Assembly: GCA_000934665.2 (NCBI GenBank)
Contig: JYFJ02002196.1
Coordinates: forward strand, 1-61,237
Direction: 5' to 3'
From: Catajapyx aquilonaris
Taxonomy: Eukaryota
Length of the DNA stretch: 61,237 nt
Shown: positions 17,791-34,618 of the stretch, piece by piece
How positions within the stretch are numbered: the stretch's first letter is position 1
Layout: each line of letters opens with the position of its first letter
The notes under the pieces: model-generated
Told to the model about the DNA's origin: nothing
Seen by the model: only the letters and a program-made list of their open reading frames with translations
Databases searched by the model: none
Program-made: the position numbers and the translations under genes

Positions 17791-18631
17791 CTGCATTTTC
17801 TGCAAAGCCATTTTTCCCAAAGACAGAACCAGGTTGCTTAACAGACCTATAACGTAAGGAGGTGTGGATAATAAAATGTTTAACCTATCATTTCCTTTCC
17901 TAAAATGCCATCAACAGTCACTATCATCAGAGATGGATCGGAATTGATAGGAAAAACGTACATATGATAAGCTATTTATCCCTAAATTATTGTATATCTG
18001 ATAGCTTGTAGCCGTTCTGATTTGGTATTAAAGTTCCATAAGACTAAACTGTTGATTATACATTGTGAAGGCTCTGCATGTCACCCAAACAAAAATATTC
18101 GCTTTATCCCTCACTTGACCTCATGAACAGCGGACGATCACATCATTACAATGGCATTTATGAAAAATAACTTATCTTATTCTTTCATAATTGTTATTCC
18201 TTTGCGATACTGCCTTAGCCCAGTATGAACACTCATCACTTTCAGTTGGGCTATACCGTCTTGTTACAGCTTTATTAACATTGGCTTAGTTTTAGTAACA
18301 AATGCCTTATTTATCTAACAGACATTATCAATTTAAGCAGCACTAGGTAAATCCAGTGCTCTGAATCATGTTATTTACACGCGTTGTAGGTTTTCTGAAA
18401 ATAACGTTATCCATGTCATCTGTGGGCGGAATATTTTACCTTTTACGATTAGGCCGTATATCAACAGGCTTACTGATGTGAAATTTATAGTCATATAATT
18501 TATAGCCAGTTGTCACGTCTGCCATGCCATTCTCTCAGAAAGCCGTGATCATAAAGGTTGCCAAACAACTAACAGTTGCTTCCGGGTACCAGCCAGTGCA
18601 TCAACATATTTTGTGCAGAATATTGCAGAAA

Positions 18632-20935
18632 ATGGATTCCGATATTGGTGTGGACTTGGAAGCTGAGCTTTATCACGATGTGTTCAGCAAGGACTTCCTG
18701 TGGGGTGTTGCCACTTCCGCTTTCCAAACTGAAGGAGGTTGGAATGAAGACGGTATACTATCCAAGCCTATTTTTAATTAACGCTTAATAGCTGTACAGC
18801 ATTCACTCGTTTTCACATATGTAGGAAAAGGCGAAAGTATTTGGGACCACTACGTCCATCAACATCCCGAGAAAATTATGGATAAAAGTAATGGCGACAT
18901 AGCATGTGACTCCTACCACAAGTATGAGGAAGACATCAAGATGCTGCAAGAACTAGGGGTGAGTTCATAGTAACCTGCATTAACACCAGCCGTTATTATG
19001 TTGCTAATAGGTACGACACTTTAAGGTGAATTGCTATCGTTTCTCCATGTCTTGGCCTCGACTCCTGCCCGAAGGAACCACGGAAAAAGTTAACCTCGCA
19101 GGTGTCCAATATTACAACAAGATTATCGACCTCATTATTAGCAAAAACATCAAACCAATTGTATGAAAGCGCGTTATAATTGTGCACAACAAAGGACAAA
19201 CTAATGTGATGATGGTTTTAGGTGACCATGTATCAGTGGGACTACCCTCAAGCTCTGCATGAAAAAGGCGGATGGCTGGAAGATTCAAGTGTCCAGCATT
19301 TTCGCAACTATGCCGAATTTTGCTTCCAAACTTTTGGAGACAGAGTAAAGCGCTTGTTTATTATAATAGTACAATAATATCACAAACAATTAACTTAGAT
19401 GTATGATTCAAATAATTAATATTATGTATTACCATACAACGTTTAGAAAACTAAGACCTGAAATTTAGTTCTAAAGTAAATATATGCACAAATCGAGAAA
19501 TTAATGTTTTCAGGTGAAATGGTGGGTAACAATAAACGAGCCGAGCATTCACGCCATATTTTCCTATTCAAATGGAATGCACGCACCGTTCCAACAAGTA
19601 GAAGGAGGAGAATATGTGGCTGTACACAACATGCTCAAAGCACATGCCGAGGCCTGGCATTTGTACGACCAGAAATTCCGCTTAGAGCAGCAAGGTAAGG
19701 CAATTCACATGCATTATATTAATTTTACTCCTGAAAATACTGCATTTTTTTACAGGCAAAGTGTCCATTTCTATCCCGATATTTTGGCAAGAACCCGCGT
19801 CGCAAACCCCTGCAGATAAGGCAGCAGCAGAACGAGCCACGCAATTTTATGTAACATTATTTTTTTTTAACTCACCATTTTTGTTGAGGGATGTAACAAC
19901 ATTGGTGTCGTTTCAGCACGGTTGGGTGTCACACCCAATATTCAGCTCGGATGGAGATTATCCGGCCATCATGAAGGAGCAGATCCAGCGAAAATCTCAA
20001 GAAGAAGGGAGGTCTAGCTCTAGGCTGTCCCAATTCGACGACTACTGGAAGAAGAGGGTACAAGGCACGTCAATTACTGACTGTTAGTCCCTGCATGTGC
20101 CATATTTCCAAGCATTACAAACATCATATTTCCCTTTTGACAGCAAAATAACACTCTGACCCTCTTGGACGATATTGTGTTAAAGCTGTTATACGTATAT
20201 GAACTGTATGCATAATATTTAAGTCATGTTTTTTTTTGCACAGGTACATTCGATTATTTTGCACTGCAGCATTACTGCGCTTTCTTGGTCCGCAATGATA
20301 CTTCGAACACGCAAAAAGGGCAGATGCAACGAGATGGAGATTTCCTTTATGTTGACTCTCCCAGTTGGATCAGGCCCTGCTCACATTTGAAGGAATTTGC
20401 CGTAAGAATGTTTTAAAGCACTCTACGACATATTTTGTAAAAATCTGCTAAGAATGTACTGGGTAGGGTGTTATTACGACCTTAAAATTGTCCAAAAATG
20501 CAAAAAAAATGCAGATAGTTCCATGGGGATTTCGAAAAACACTCAACTGGATTCGAAAGGAGTATAACAACGTTCCAGTTTTGGTGACCGAAAATGGTAT
20601 GTGTGATGATGGTGGTCTGGATGATCAGCACAGAATACTCTACTTCAAGTACTACATCAACGAAATGCTTAAAGCCAACAAAATTGATGGCTGTAACATA
20701 GTTGGATATACTGCATGGGCACTTATGGATGATTTTGAGTGGCCGTGGGGATACTTGTGAGTTACTTTTGTCTATATAAGAGAGTCGTTTTATTATGCAA
20801 TAATTCATCATGTGTTTCAGGGTGAGGTTTGGCTTGTACAGCGTTGACTTCGAAGATCCCAAAAGACCCAGGAAGCCCAAGAAATCAGCGGGATTTTACA
20901 AGAATATCATTGCATGTGGTGGCTTTCCTAAATAA
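18632..20935 (+). CDS. GH1 paralog 6, no signal peptide (cytosolic)
   Basis: Starts [37 protein letters not shown]; motifs [19 protein letters not shown]; one GC-AG intron (donor 20065). Confidence 0.9.
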
Positions 20936-21249
20936 AAAGGAATTCCATAATTATGTTGCCTCTTATTGTATATTCATATAGTCTACTGCATACATGTGTT
21001 TCACTCATTCAGATCAGTTGTGTTATGTGACATGTTTCATTGCGAGTTTCGACACGAGTCTCCGATAAATTGTGACGTCATGAGCCAGTGTCTCTTTGTA
21101 GATACAGAATAAAACTACTCGAGGCGATTGCTAGAGCCCAGCCGGCCTTGGGCGTAAACACTTGTCCTTGTTTCAGGCTTGCCCTTGACAATCAGACGGG
21201 TGTGACGGTAAGTCTGTCGGGAACGCATATTCTGTGCACGGTGTAGTGA

Positions 21250-23804
<2,555 letters not shown>

Positions 23805-25420
23805 AAGCACACAACATTCGTTGACCTAAATTTAACAATGTACAGAACACTTTGGAAATTTTCTCAGAATTACTGTGTTGCAAAGTACGTAGCCATGCAG
23901 CCTTGACCACGCAGGTGATTGGTAATAAGATGATCTGCTGTCAATTTGACACTGAAACCTGAAGCATAAAAATACGTATAGAGTAACAAAAAAAAATGCA
24001 TACCTTACTTAAATTAAGACACTTATATGTTATGTAAGAGAGAAAGAGAGAGAAAATTAATGCTGTGCTGTGGTTCAATTATTCTGGGACCAGACACTGA
24101 CGTAATGAAACTCCTCGCATGAGATCCCGAGCTATTTGTATCACTGCAGCGGATTGTCCAGGGATTGTCAGTGAGTTCTGCCATAATATTGCGCAGATAT
24201 GCGACGGATGTGACAGAAAGCAGGATGCATAAAACAGGTGCGGAAGGCAGCAAGGGCAAAGGAAAACCATTGTAACGCAGATATAATCAGGGTAATTGTA
24301 CGTATATAAACCTTACTGTAACTGCTGTGGAGTATTTTTCTTAAAATTAGCCGTGTTTGTTCCTCTAACTAGAGAAATACATCAGCCTATCAATTCAAAT
24401 TAATTAAAAATTTATGGTTTTGTCTTCTGTATATACCTGTATAAACTAATTTTTCCATGATTTACGTGCATAAGGTGGCATTTAAAAAGCACTGATTCAC
24501 CGTTAAAATCCAGTGAAATAATATGGCAGTTTAGACGTTAATTATTCATTTAAAGTTTTTGTCTACATATAAGAATCACAGAAGGCTCGAGAGACCAGAT
24601 AAATATTTTATTTAATTTTTTATGATATTCATATCTGTAAACATATTTTTGATTGCACAACACTGACTGTTGATGTTTGCCAAAACCTTCTGCATTAATC
24701 AGTTGGTAAGTTACTCTCGGAAAATATAACTATTATCAATTCCTATCCAAGTATTTCTGGCAATTAAATACAAAGGCGGCACACAGTTGTCGCAAAGATG
24801 ATAATATGTTTTTAAAACTTCAATTCACAAAGTCACCTTGGATAAACGCTGAGTCACCAGATTAGGTTTTATATTGACACCCCTAAGATTAATCAACACA
24901 TTGAATGCAATCTCTCTGAGGGTTTTACCAAACAGCTGATAGTTAATGTGCATCAGACTCCTACTTTCTAGCACATGTTGATAACGGAAAATAGTAAAAT
25001 TACTCTTTATTATAAAATATCACTTCTTTTTGCTGTATAGGTGGACCTGAAATTCGCTAAATAAGAAAACAGTCAACATTACAATAAACTATTGAATTTT
25101 AAAAAGTAGTTTTATTGACCTTAGTTTCATTTCGAATCGTCACCATGAACTTTGAAACATGCCGAGAGAGGTCAGTCATTTATGATAAAAACTTTTTTTG
25201 TATAACACGCATATCTACTGAGCCCATAAAAATACGTAACACACTAAAATGATGCAACCCACTCGCGGAAGAGAGGATTGCGTATCAGTCCAGATCATGT
25301 ACTCAGCCAGATATAAAGTGCTGTTACTTCACTTGCTATTCCTCGGCATCAGAGTCAGCTGACCCCAAACCGTATGATGCGGTACCAAGTCAATCGTATT
25401 CATATTGTGCAATATTCAGA

Positions 25421-27897
<2,477 letters not shown>

Positions 27898-28222
27898 AAC
27901 CTTACCGTTACATTAAACGAATAAGTTGCCATCAAGTTGTGCTTTTTTTTCCTTCAGTACACCCTGAATGGTTACACTGCATGTAGCATATACTATGACA
28001 CTTTATGTCACTTTTAAAAAACGGACACAAACTGAGAATATTACGGGTTAAATGATGATTATTGCACGTGGGTAGATAGAACCGCGACTCACAGAGAATA
28101 AGTCATTAAAGTCCCAGATATTATTTAAAAAAACATTTATTGCGATTTTTCGAGGAATACATATAGGTTGCAATGTAATATGTCGTATTATTTACACAAT
28201 TGGGCGATTGACAATGCCGGGC

Positions 28223-28746
28223 TTAGTAGTGCCCTCCCTCATTATGACCTGAGTCGCCATGAGACGTGACCTTGACCGGGTAGGGGACCTTGTGTATGAC
28301 TGGCACCTTCTGGATGACCGTCACCTTCTCGTACACTGGGTACTTCTGGATGACTGGCACCTTCTTGTACACAGGGTAGGTCTTGATGACAGGGACCTTC
28401 TTGTAGACTGGAACCTTCTTGTACACCGGTACTTTGACGTACACTGGGACCACGTGGTGCTCCGTCTTGTGACCCTTCACAATAAAATTATGAGTTAGAG
28501 AAATTACCCTCTGTTAGTTGATAAATTATTATAGAAAGCAGCAGCTTACATGTCCTCCATCTCCACCATCGTATCCGGACAGCCCGTGGTCGTCTGATCC
28601 GGAGTCACCTCCGTACCCCCCTGCACTTGCCAGCATGACCAAGGAGGTCAGAGTTGCGAGTACCAGCATCTGAAATATGTACGCTGTATTATGCTGTGCT
28701 CTAATATACGGTATTCAGGAAATGTGGTACTCACCATTTTCGTCAT
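28223..28746 (-). CDS. Secreted Val/Pro/Tyr/Lys-repeat (VPVYKK) low-complexity protein A, cuticle/structural-like
   Basis: Three exons: MTKM (28746-28735); signal peptide plus Gly/Asp/His linker (28669-28550); repeat exon (28474-28223) HKTEHHVVPVYVKVPVYKKVPVYKK...GGHY*. TATA at ~28831-28839. Confidence 0.85.
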
Positions 28747-30762
28747 GACAATTAACTTCTTTATCCTAGTCCTTGTTGTTACCAGATGGAACACTTGGGT
28801 CTGAGTGGTGACAATTTCTTTCTCCGGGCCTTTTATATGCCCATTGTGAGCTGGCGTTAAATTAATATAATAAAAAGTAGCTCTCTCTCTCGCTTCCAAC
28901 ACTTGGTATGCATAATGTTGTGCAATTTATCCAGATTCCATTTCTTGTGTTACGAGCCAACAATTTACTTGCATGACGGTTATTACTCACACTATGCAAT
29001 CCTGCACTGTATGGAATTTAATTTGATGTTACTGTACGTCACGGAAGAACAACTGTATGGGTTTGAAGTGAAATCATGTTAACAGTGTTGCGAACCGAAA
29101 CTTTACTGCTGGCCTGCTCCTCCTATTAGTACGTACTTGGTAATGTCTTCATCAAAACAAACATAATTTGATGTATACCGGTAATATTATAATCCTCACT
29201 ATACAATATACGCACAGTCATGTGCCCAATTTTAATAATAGGCTACATAAATGGCATCGTGTAAATGGAACATGGTTTCCACTTTGCATGTCCTGTATAA
29301 TTCCATACCATAAAACTAACCTTGCATGCTATGACCTTTTCTTTCAATTGCATTTTTTAAAACCACGCAGGACTTTTAAAGAACTAAGCTCCTAAATTAG
29401 CACCAAATTATTAAATTCATGCTTCAAACTAAAAGTTATTTCATGCCACTTTTTTTTTTTGAAACCAGGGCTCTGTGAAAATTCATTAGTTTAATGGTGC
29501 ATGTTTCGTAATTATTATACTGCCAAATGATGCAACGGCGATGCGCATTTCATGATTTGCGGACTATGTACTCCAACACTGCAGCATATTAAGCTTGTCC
29601 GTTATACCATGATCATCTTTAGGATCTGCTCACAAAAAGAGAAAATGATTGAAATAACTTAGCTTTCTAATTAAGTTACCAGACTTCTGTTAAAGTTTCG
29701 GATAGTCAATCTATTAAAAAAAACTGTAACCTCAAAATTATAACTCATAAAACTGCAACAATATATTGGTATAGAGTTTGGCCTGCAGTGAATTCTCAGA
29801 ACAGGACATGTTACGTTATTCATAATTATATGGTATATTACAGCCAAATAATAATATTCATATTGCTCCTAATCGCGCATAAATTCTCCGAACTGACCTG
29901 AAGCCTGTTGGAATTTGGAGAAAGGCTTAAATATTATACTTGCAAATTTCCATGGGTTTTTATTATGTTTTCTTTAAAAACACCATCATGAATCATGGTA
30001 TACCTCCAAGGCTCAGAAGTTCAAAACAATAAGCTGATCAGAGGAAAAGGCTCGTATACGAGCAATTTGCAATATATTAGCAGGTGTATGCTTGTGTTCA
30101 GTCGCATTCGCATCACTCATGCCATCAGCACTCGTCAAATACAGGTATAAGGACTGGTGTTCATTTATTCGCATTTGCACTAAATCTAAAATAGCAGCGG
30201 AATTTGAGAATTCATTCCTTCCAGAAATCGGCAAGTATATAGGGTCCGTATAGCAACATGATTTTCCTATATACCGTGCGTCTCAGAATTTAGCTAACAT
30301 CTGAATCGGAAGAAATGTCGCGAACTCGATTGTGTCTTGTTTCTACTGATACAATCATCCAAACTCGACAAGATTGACAGGGCTTTTCTCCAAAAATTTC
30401 ACATTTCTCAAGTCCTGACGGTTGGTAGTATGTGAGTTTTGTCCCCCCAAAAAAGCTTAGTATACGGACATAACTCATCGCAACTCTTTATCCAAATTAG
30501 CTGATACTAATATACGTTCGATGTGGGGATTGAACTCGATGTAATTATGTCAGACGTAGAGTGGAATATCATAAAGCAGTATGTCTCTCCCTCATCAGAA
30601 TATGCTGAAAACGGCGAAACAAGGAAAGGACCACAAAGGATTCAGATACGTATAACATGCACTTCTCAGTGTAATAAAATCTTTATTGCCATCAGTGAGG
30701 TTTCATTGTAGGAATACCTGGTAAACATGAGTCAACACTTTAATGATGATCAAAAACACGCG

Positions 30763-31874
30763 TTAGTAATGGCCATTTCCTTCGCTGCCACCGAAGTGTC
30801 CTGAGTCACCATGAGATTGGATCTTGACCGGGTATGGGACCTTGTGTATGACTGGCACCTTCTGGATGACCGTCACCTTCTCGTACACTGGATACTTCTG
30901 GATGACTGGCACCTTCTTGTACACAGGGTAGGTCTTGATGACAGGGACCTTCTTGTAGACTGGAACCTTCTTGTATACCGGGACTTTGACGTACACTGGA
31001 ACCACGTGGTGCTCCGTCTTGTGATCCTGTTCAAAAAAAATGCACTACAATATGCAACAGGCAGACATACAATTTTCATCAGTTTTGTTTTTAAAATTTA
31101 CATTATTGTCAGCTCCTCCATATCCGTGGTCATCGGATCCGGAGTGACCTTCGTATCCACCTGCTCTGGTGAGCATGACTAGTGAGGCCACCATTGCCAT
31201 TGCCAAAATCTGAAAATATCACAGTATATAATTATGTTGAAGCAACTGTCGACCAGATGGCCATAAGGAGGGTTAAATTAGAAGGTAAGATAAGTGCTTG
31301 TCGTATGTGTCGTATGTGAGAAGCATAATATTACGTCAGCACAAACACCGTATATTTATGATTCCAGATAATTCTGGGTATACAGGGTGTATCTGAACTC
31401 AGTGCCCCGACGTATATGACTGCCTTCCTAGCCACCAGAGGATCGATTTAAGTATAGGAGTCATATGTCTGGGCAGCCTCATTACGGAGATAATTGGCCG
31501 CAAACATGTAGTACAAAATATCCTGTCGGTTAGGCCACCCATCGAACCCTCCCCCAGTCAGAAGGCTCTGGAAGGTCTGGGGGCGGGACTTTGTTGGTTT
31601 GTTGCCCACAGGTGGTAAGGCCTCTTTGGCTAATTACACCAGAAAATTCAATTTAAAAGTCAGAAGGAGCGATTAGGCAAAAATCGCTAAAGAGTGTATC
31701 TCAGTAATGAGGCTGCCCAGACGTATGACTCCTATACTTAAATCGATCCTCTGGTGGCTAGGAAGGCAGTCATATACGTCGGGGCACTGAGTTCAGATAC
31801 ACCCTGTATAACAAGGTCCTAGTTACAAGGCTATATTACTCCACGATAGTCATGTAACTCACCATTTTCGTCAT
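30763..31874 (-). CDS. VPVYKK-repeat protein B
   Basis: Same three-exon layout (MTKM / ILAMAMVASLVMLTRAGGYEG... / repeat exon); intron 1 carries a MITE. Confidence 0.85.
31383..31806. mobile_element. Non-autonomous Tc1/mariner-type MITE, 424 bp
   Basis: 110 bp terminal inverted repeats (31383-31492 and 31697-31806, 2 mismatches by hand) starting CAGGGTGT; flanked by TA on both sides; no ORF. Confidence 0.9.
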
Positions 31875-32860
31875 TCTGATTAAATTGTTAGCCGACTCCT
31901 GTTGTTTATAGTGTGCACAGCTGGGTGTGAGTGCAGACAGTTCATTTCTTCGTTCTTTTATATGCAGCACGCAGTGAGCTGGCAGTAGCTTAGCACTGTA
32001 CAAATTGTAAGAAAAAGCAGCTCTCCCTCTTTTTACGACACTTCTTGATAATTAATGTGGCATCTGCCTCGAATGACATTTCCTAAATTGCGAATGAACG
32101 CCAAGTTGCACGGTTGGCGATTACTCCCTTGCGTACAAAGTTAAATAAACAGTACCGGTACTCAACATGCCTATTTCCTAAATGCTCAGTCTCTACTAAT
32201 TCATACAGGAATCCGAGGTACCAATACTGACTATACTATTTGTAGTCTCTTTATTGATGTAATTTTAGAGGGGTAGTAAAGGCGTGACCAGCAAGAAAAT
32301 CATGCGAGCGAGGACCCAGACACGTCTAATTATTGCAGGTTAGGAATAATTTACAGTTAACAGGGCATCACCCTAATTAAAAGATAAAAGTAGTATCGGC
32401 TTATCGTATCATGTACTGTACAATAGAGATGTGGTTTAAAAATTACTAATCCAGTCACTTTAACTTCCGTTTAAACACTACCTGTAATGATGCACAATAA
32501 TATATTCATTGCAGAAGAAATCCTCAGGAAAGGTCCTTCACTAGATATACACCGGATTTACTTGTATTTATCGACGTTTTATATTGGCAAGCATCCGTAT
32601 TCGTGAAGGGTTTAAGTACGTAACTACCTGAAATAATAATTGTCAATTTATATGAATAAAAATCCAGATTAACTAAATATGTACACCGCATTCTTATAAG
32701 TCCGCTAGGTCATTCGACTCTGCCATTGCCCCACAGTATAATATAATGTAATAATAAATTTAGTAGTTAGACAAAAATCTGAGCTGTAAGTAAAGCTGAC
32801 AAAAGTATTTAACTATCAATGATCTGACTACCTGTGTGGTGTGAAAAAGTAAAAAGGCCT

Positions 32861-32950
32861 TCCTTCGGACCGGATTTGAACCAGTGACCTATGGATGCCT
32901 GCTATCCAACCAACTACAGTCCACCGCTCTACCAACTGAGCTACCGAAGG
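32861..32950 (-). tRNA. trnY-GTA: tRNA-Tyr(GTA) with 17-nt intron
   Basis: CCTTCGGTAGCTCAGTTGGTAGAGCGGTGGACTGTAG[TTGGTTGGATAGCAGGC]ATCCATAGGTCACTGGTTCAAATCCGGTCCGAAGGA; cloverleaf closes; T5 terminator 5 nt downstream. Confidence 0.96.
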
Positions 32951-33199
32951 GACACTTGAACATGAACCTTTCTCCGTAGGATATAACCACATCTTTCTCT
33001 TATCACTGGAAAGTGACTGTCGGCCTAGGCAACTGTCCCGGAATGACAGGTGTCCTCGTAAATGCACACACAAAACCCAGATTATGATTTTGTGGAAGTG
33101 CAGAGTGTAAGCGCGATAACCACCAATTTATAATTTCTGCATAAATGTAAAAACTGTAGAATAAAAATACGCAAGTCATTATTGTTCCTTATTTTATAG

Positions 33200-33733
33200 A
33201 TTTGAAGACGGAGCTATGCATCGTCAAGTGTCCAAGATGGCAGCTAGAATGTTCCATGCTCTGGGTGAGATCCAGCATGCCAGACAAATGATGGACCAGT
33301 CGAAAGCAAAGTATTCGACGCAGTCACGCAGATAACGTCAGAGGATGTCAAACTGATGCTGGAACTTGCATCTGAATATTGACTAGATCAAGCAGTGCTT
33401 GTCCTTTCTGGTCCGGCTCTGCGGAGTCAGATTCTTCTTTGGAGACGGGATGGAAGTCACCATGGAAGGCTATCCTTCCGAGGAAGACCTGGTCAGAGTG
33501 GCAAACACGGCCAATAAGGGAGTGCAGACAGCACCCACAAGTTCTCGCCATTGACCTCAGAGTCAAACTGATCATTACCCTAATTACGCTCGGACTATCG
33601 CATCTGACACTTGTATGATTATTTGTTAGCATCAACTGCATGACAGTATTTAATGTGACGTTCTCTGGCAGGATATTTTCCATTGTTGGAAGAAAACCCT
33701 GAGGAAGTTGGTGACCTTTACCTGGATTTGGGA
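33200..33733 (+). pseudogene. GTF3C3: Decayed internal fragment of general transcription factor IIIC subunit 3 (TFIIIC102/Tfc4, TPR region)
   Basis: Collinear peptides EDGAMHRQVSKMAARMFHALGEIQHARQMMDQ, ITSEDVKLMLEL, AIDLRVKLIITLITL and LLEENPEEVGDLYLDLG resemble GTF3C3 as I recall it (..EDVNIAAEL..PIDITVKLMVCLVHL..EQNPEDMGDLYLDVAE). Frameshifts, an in-frame TGA and a retained intron (33613-33671). Confidence 0.75.
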
Positions 33734-34190
33734 CGCTGCTGCTGTGTTGGCAACCCTTTGTTTGGAACGCTGTTGTGTTGGCAACACTTTGTTTGGAACG
33801 CTGCTGTGTTGGCAACCCTTTGTTTGGAACACTGCTGCTGCGTGTTGGCAACCATTTGTTTGGAACGCTGTTGTGTTGGCAACCCTTTGTTTGGAACGCT
33901 GCTGCTTCGTGTTGTCAACCATTTGTTTGTAACGCTGCTGTGTTGCCAACCCTTTGTTTGGAACACTGCTGCTGCGTGTTGGCAACCCTTTGTTTGGAAC
34001 GCTGTTGTGTTGCCAACCCTTTGTTTGGAACGCTGTTATTGTGTTGGCAACCCTTTGTTTGGAACACTGCTGTGTTGGCAACCCTTTGTTTGGAACGCTG
34101 CTGTGTTGGCAACTCTTTGTTTGGAACGCTGCTGTGTTGGCAACCCTTTGTTTGGAACGCTGCTGCTGTGTGTTGGCAACCATTTGTTCA
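33731..34190. repeat. Minisatellite, ~31-37 bp unit (gctgctgtgttggcaaccctttgtttggaac), ~14 copies
   Basis: Head-to-tail copies with a variable number of gct triplets and no spacers. Confidence 0.95.
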
Positions 34191-34296
34191 AGCATTGGCC
34201 TGCCCCTAGACATAGGCGGCAACACACACGACGCATCTTTGAAGGAAGATCTTCTTGGCATATGAATCCGCTAATAAATCGCAAATTCAACATTCA

Positions 34297-34421
34297 GGGC
34301 CGGTTTCACCGAGCTCAGTATATGATAAAACCAGGGTATTTCTCAAAATCCCCATCTATTTGTATGGATTTTCCTAAAGAAACCTGGTTTTATCATATAC
34401 CAAGCTCGGTGAAACCGGCCC
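34297..34421. mobile_element. 125 bp near-palindromic MITE-like element (PIF/Harbinger-like ends)
   Basis: 39 bp inverted termini gggccggtttcaccgagct..gtatatgataaaaccagg (2 mismatches) plus an inner aaaatcc/ggatttt stem; no clean TSD. Confidence 0.7.
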
Positions 34422-34528
34422 TATAGACCAGAATCTTCGCAGTAAATAACTATTACAAATGTATTTCAGTTGAATGAGTCTACTTTTGAATACACCTGTG
34501 TGACATGAAAAAGTTTCACAAAAGGAAG

Positions 34529-34618
34529 TCCTTCGGACCGGATTTGAACCAGTGACCTATGGATGCCTGCTATCCAACCAACTACAGTCCACCGCTCTAC
34601 CAACTGAGCTACCGAAGG
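34529..34618 (-). tRNA. trnY-GTA: tRNA-Tyr(GTA) with 17-nt intron, identical second copy
   Basis: Sequence identical to 32861-32950; about 110 bp of 5' flank is also shared with a few differences. Confidence 0.96.

Larger units (their letters stand above)
11429..17950 (+). repeat. Recent ~3.2 kb tandem duplication (approx. 11429-14568 and 14729-17950)
   Basis: Both copies start at cctgtcatttcggacactatcacc and end at gatggatcggaattgatag; promoter, introns and 3' flank align; ~160 bp unique spacer. Confidence 0.88.

Noticed and set aside
24023..24270. Short minus-strand ORFs between GH1 paralogs 7 and 8
   Set aside because: No recognisable motif, non-ATG starts and no supported exon structure.
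33731..34190. CRISPR-like array
   Set aside because: Units are contiguous with no unique spacers, there are no cas genes, and the context is eukaryotic.
33348..34426. Long Cys-rich and Gln-rich ORFs in several frames
   Set aside because: Artefacts of the stop-poor minisatellite.
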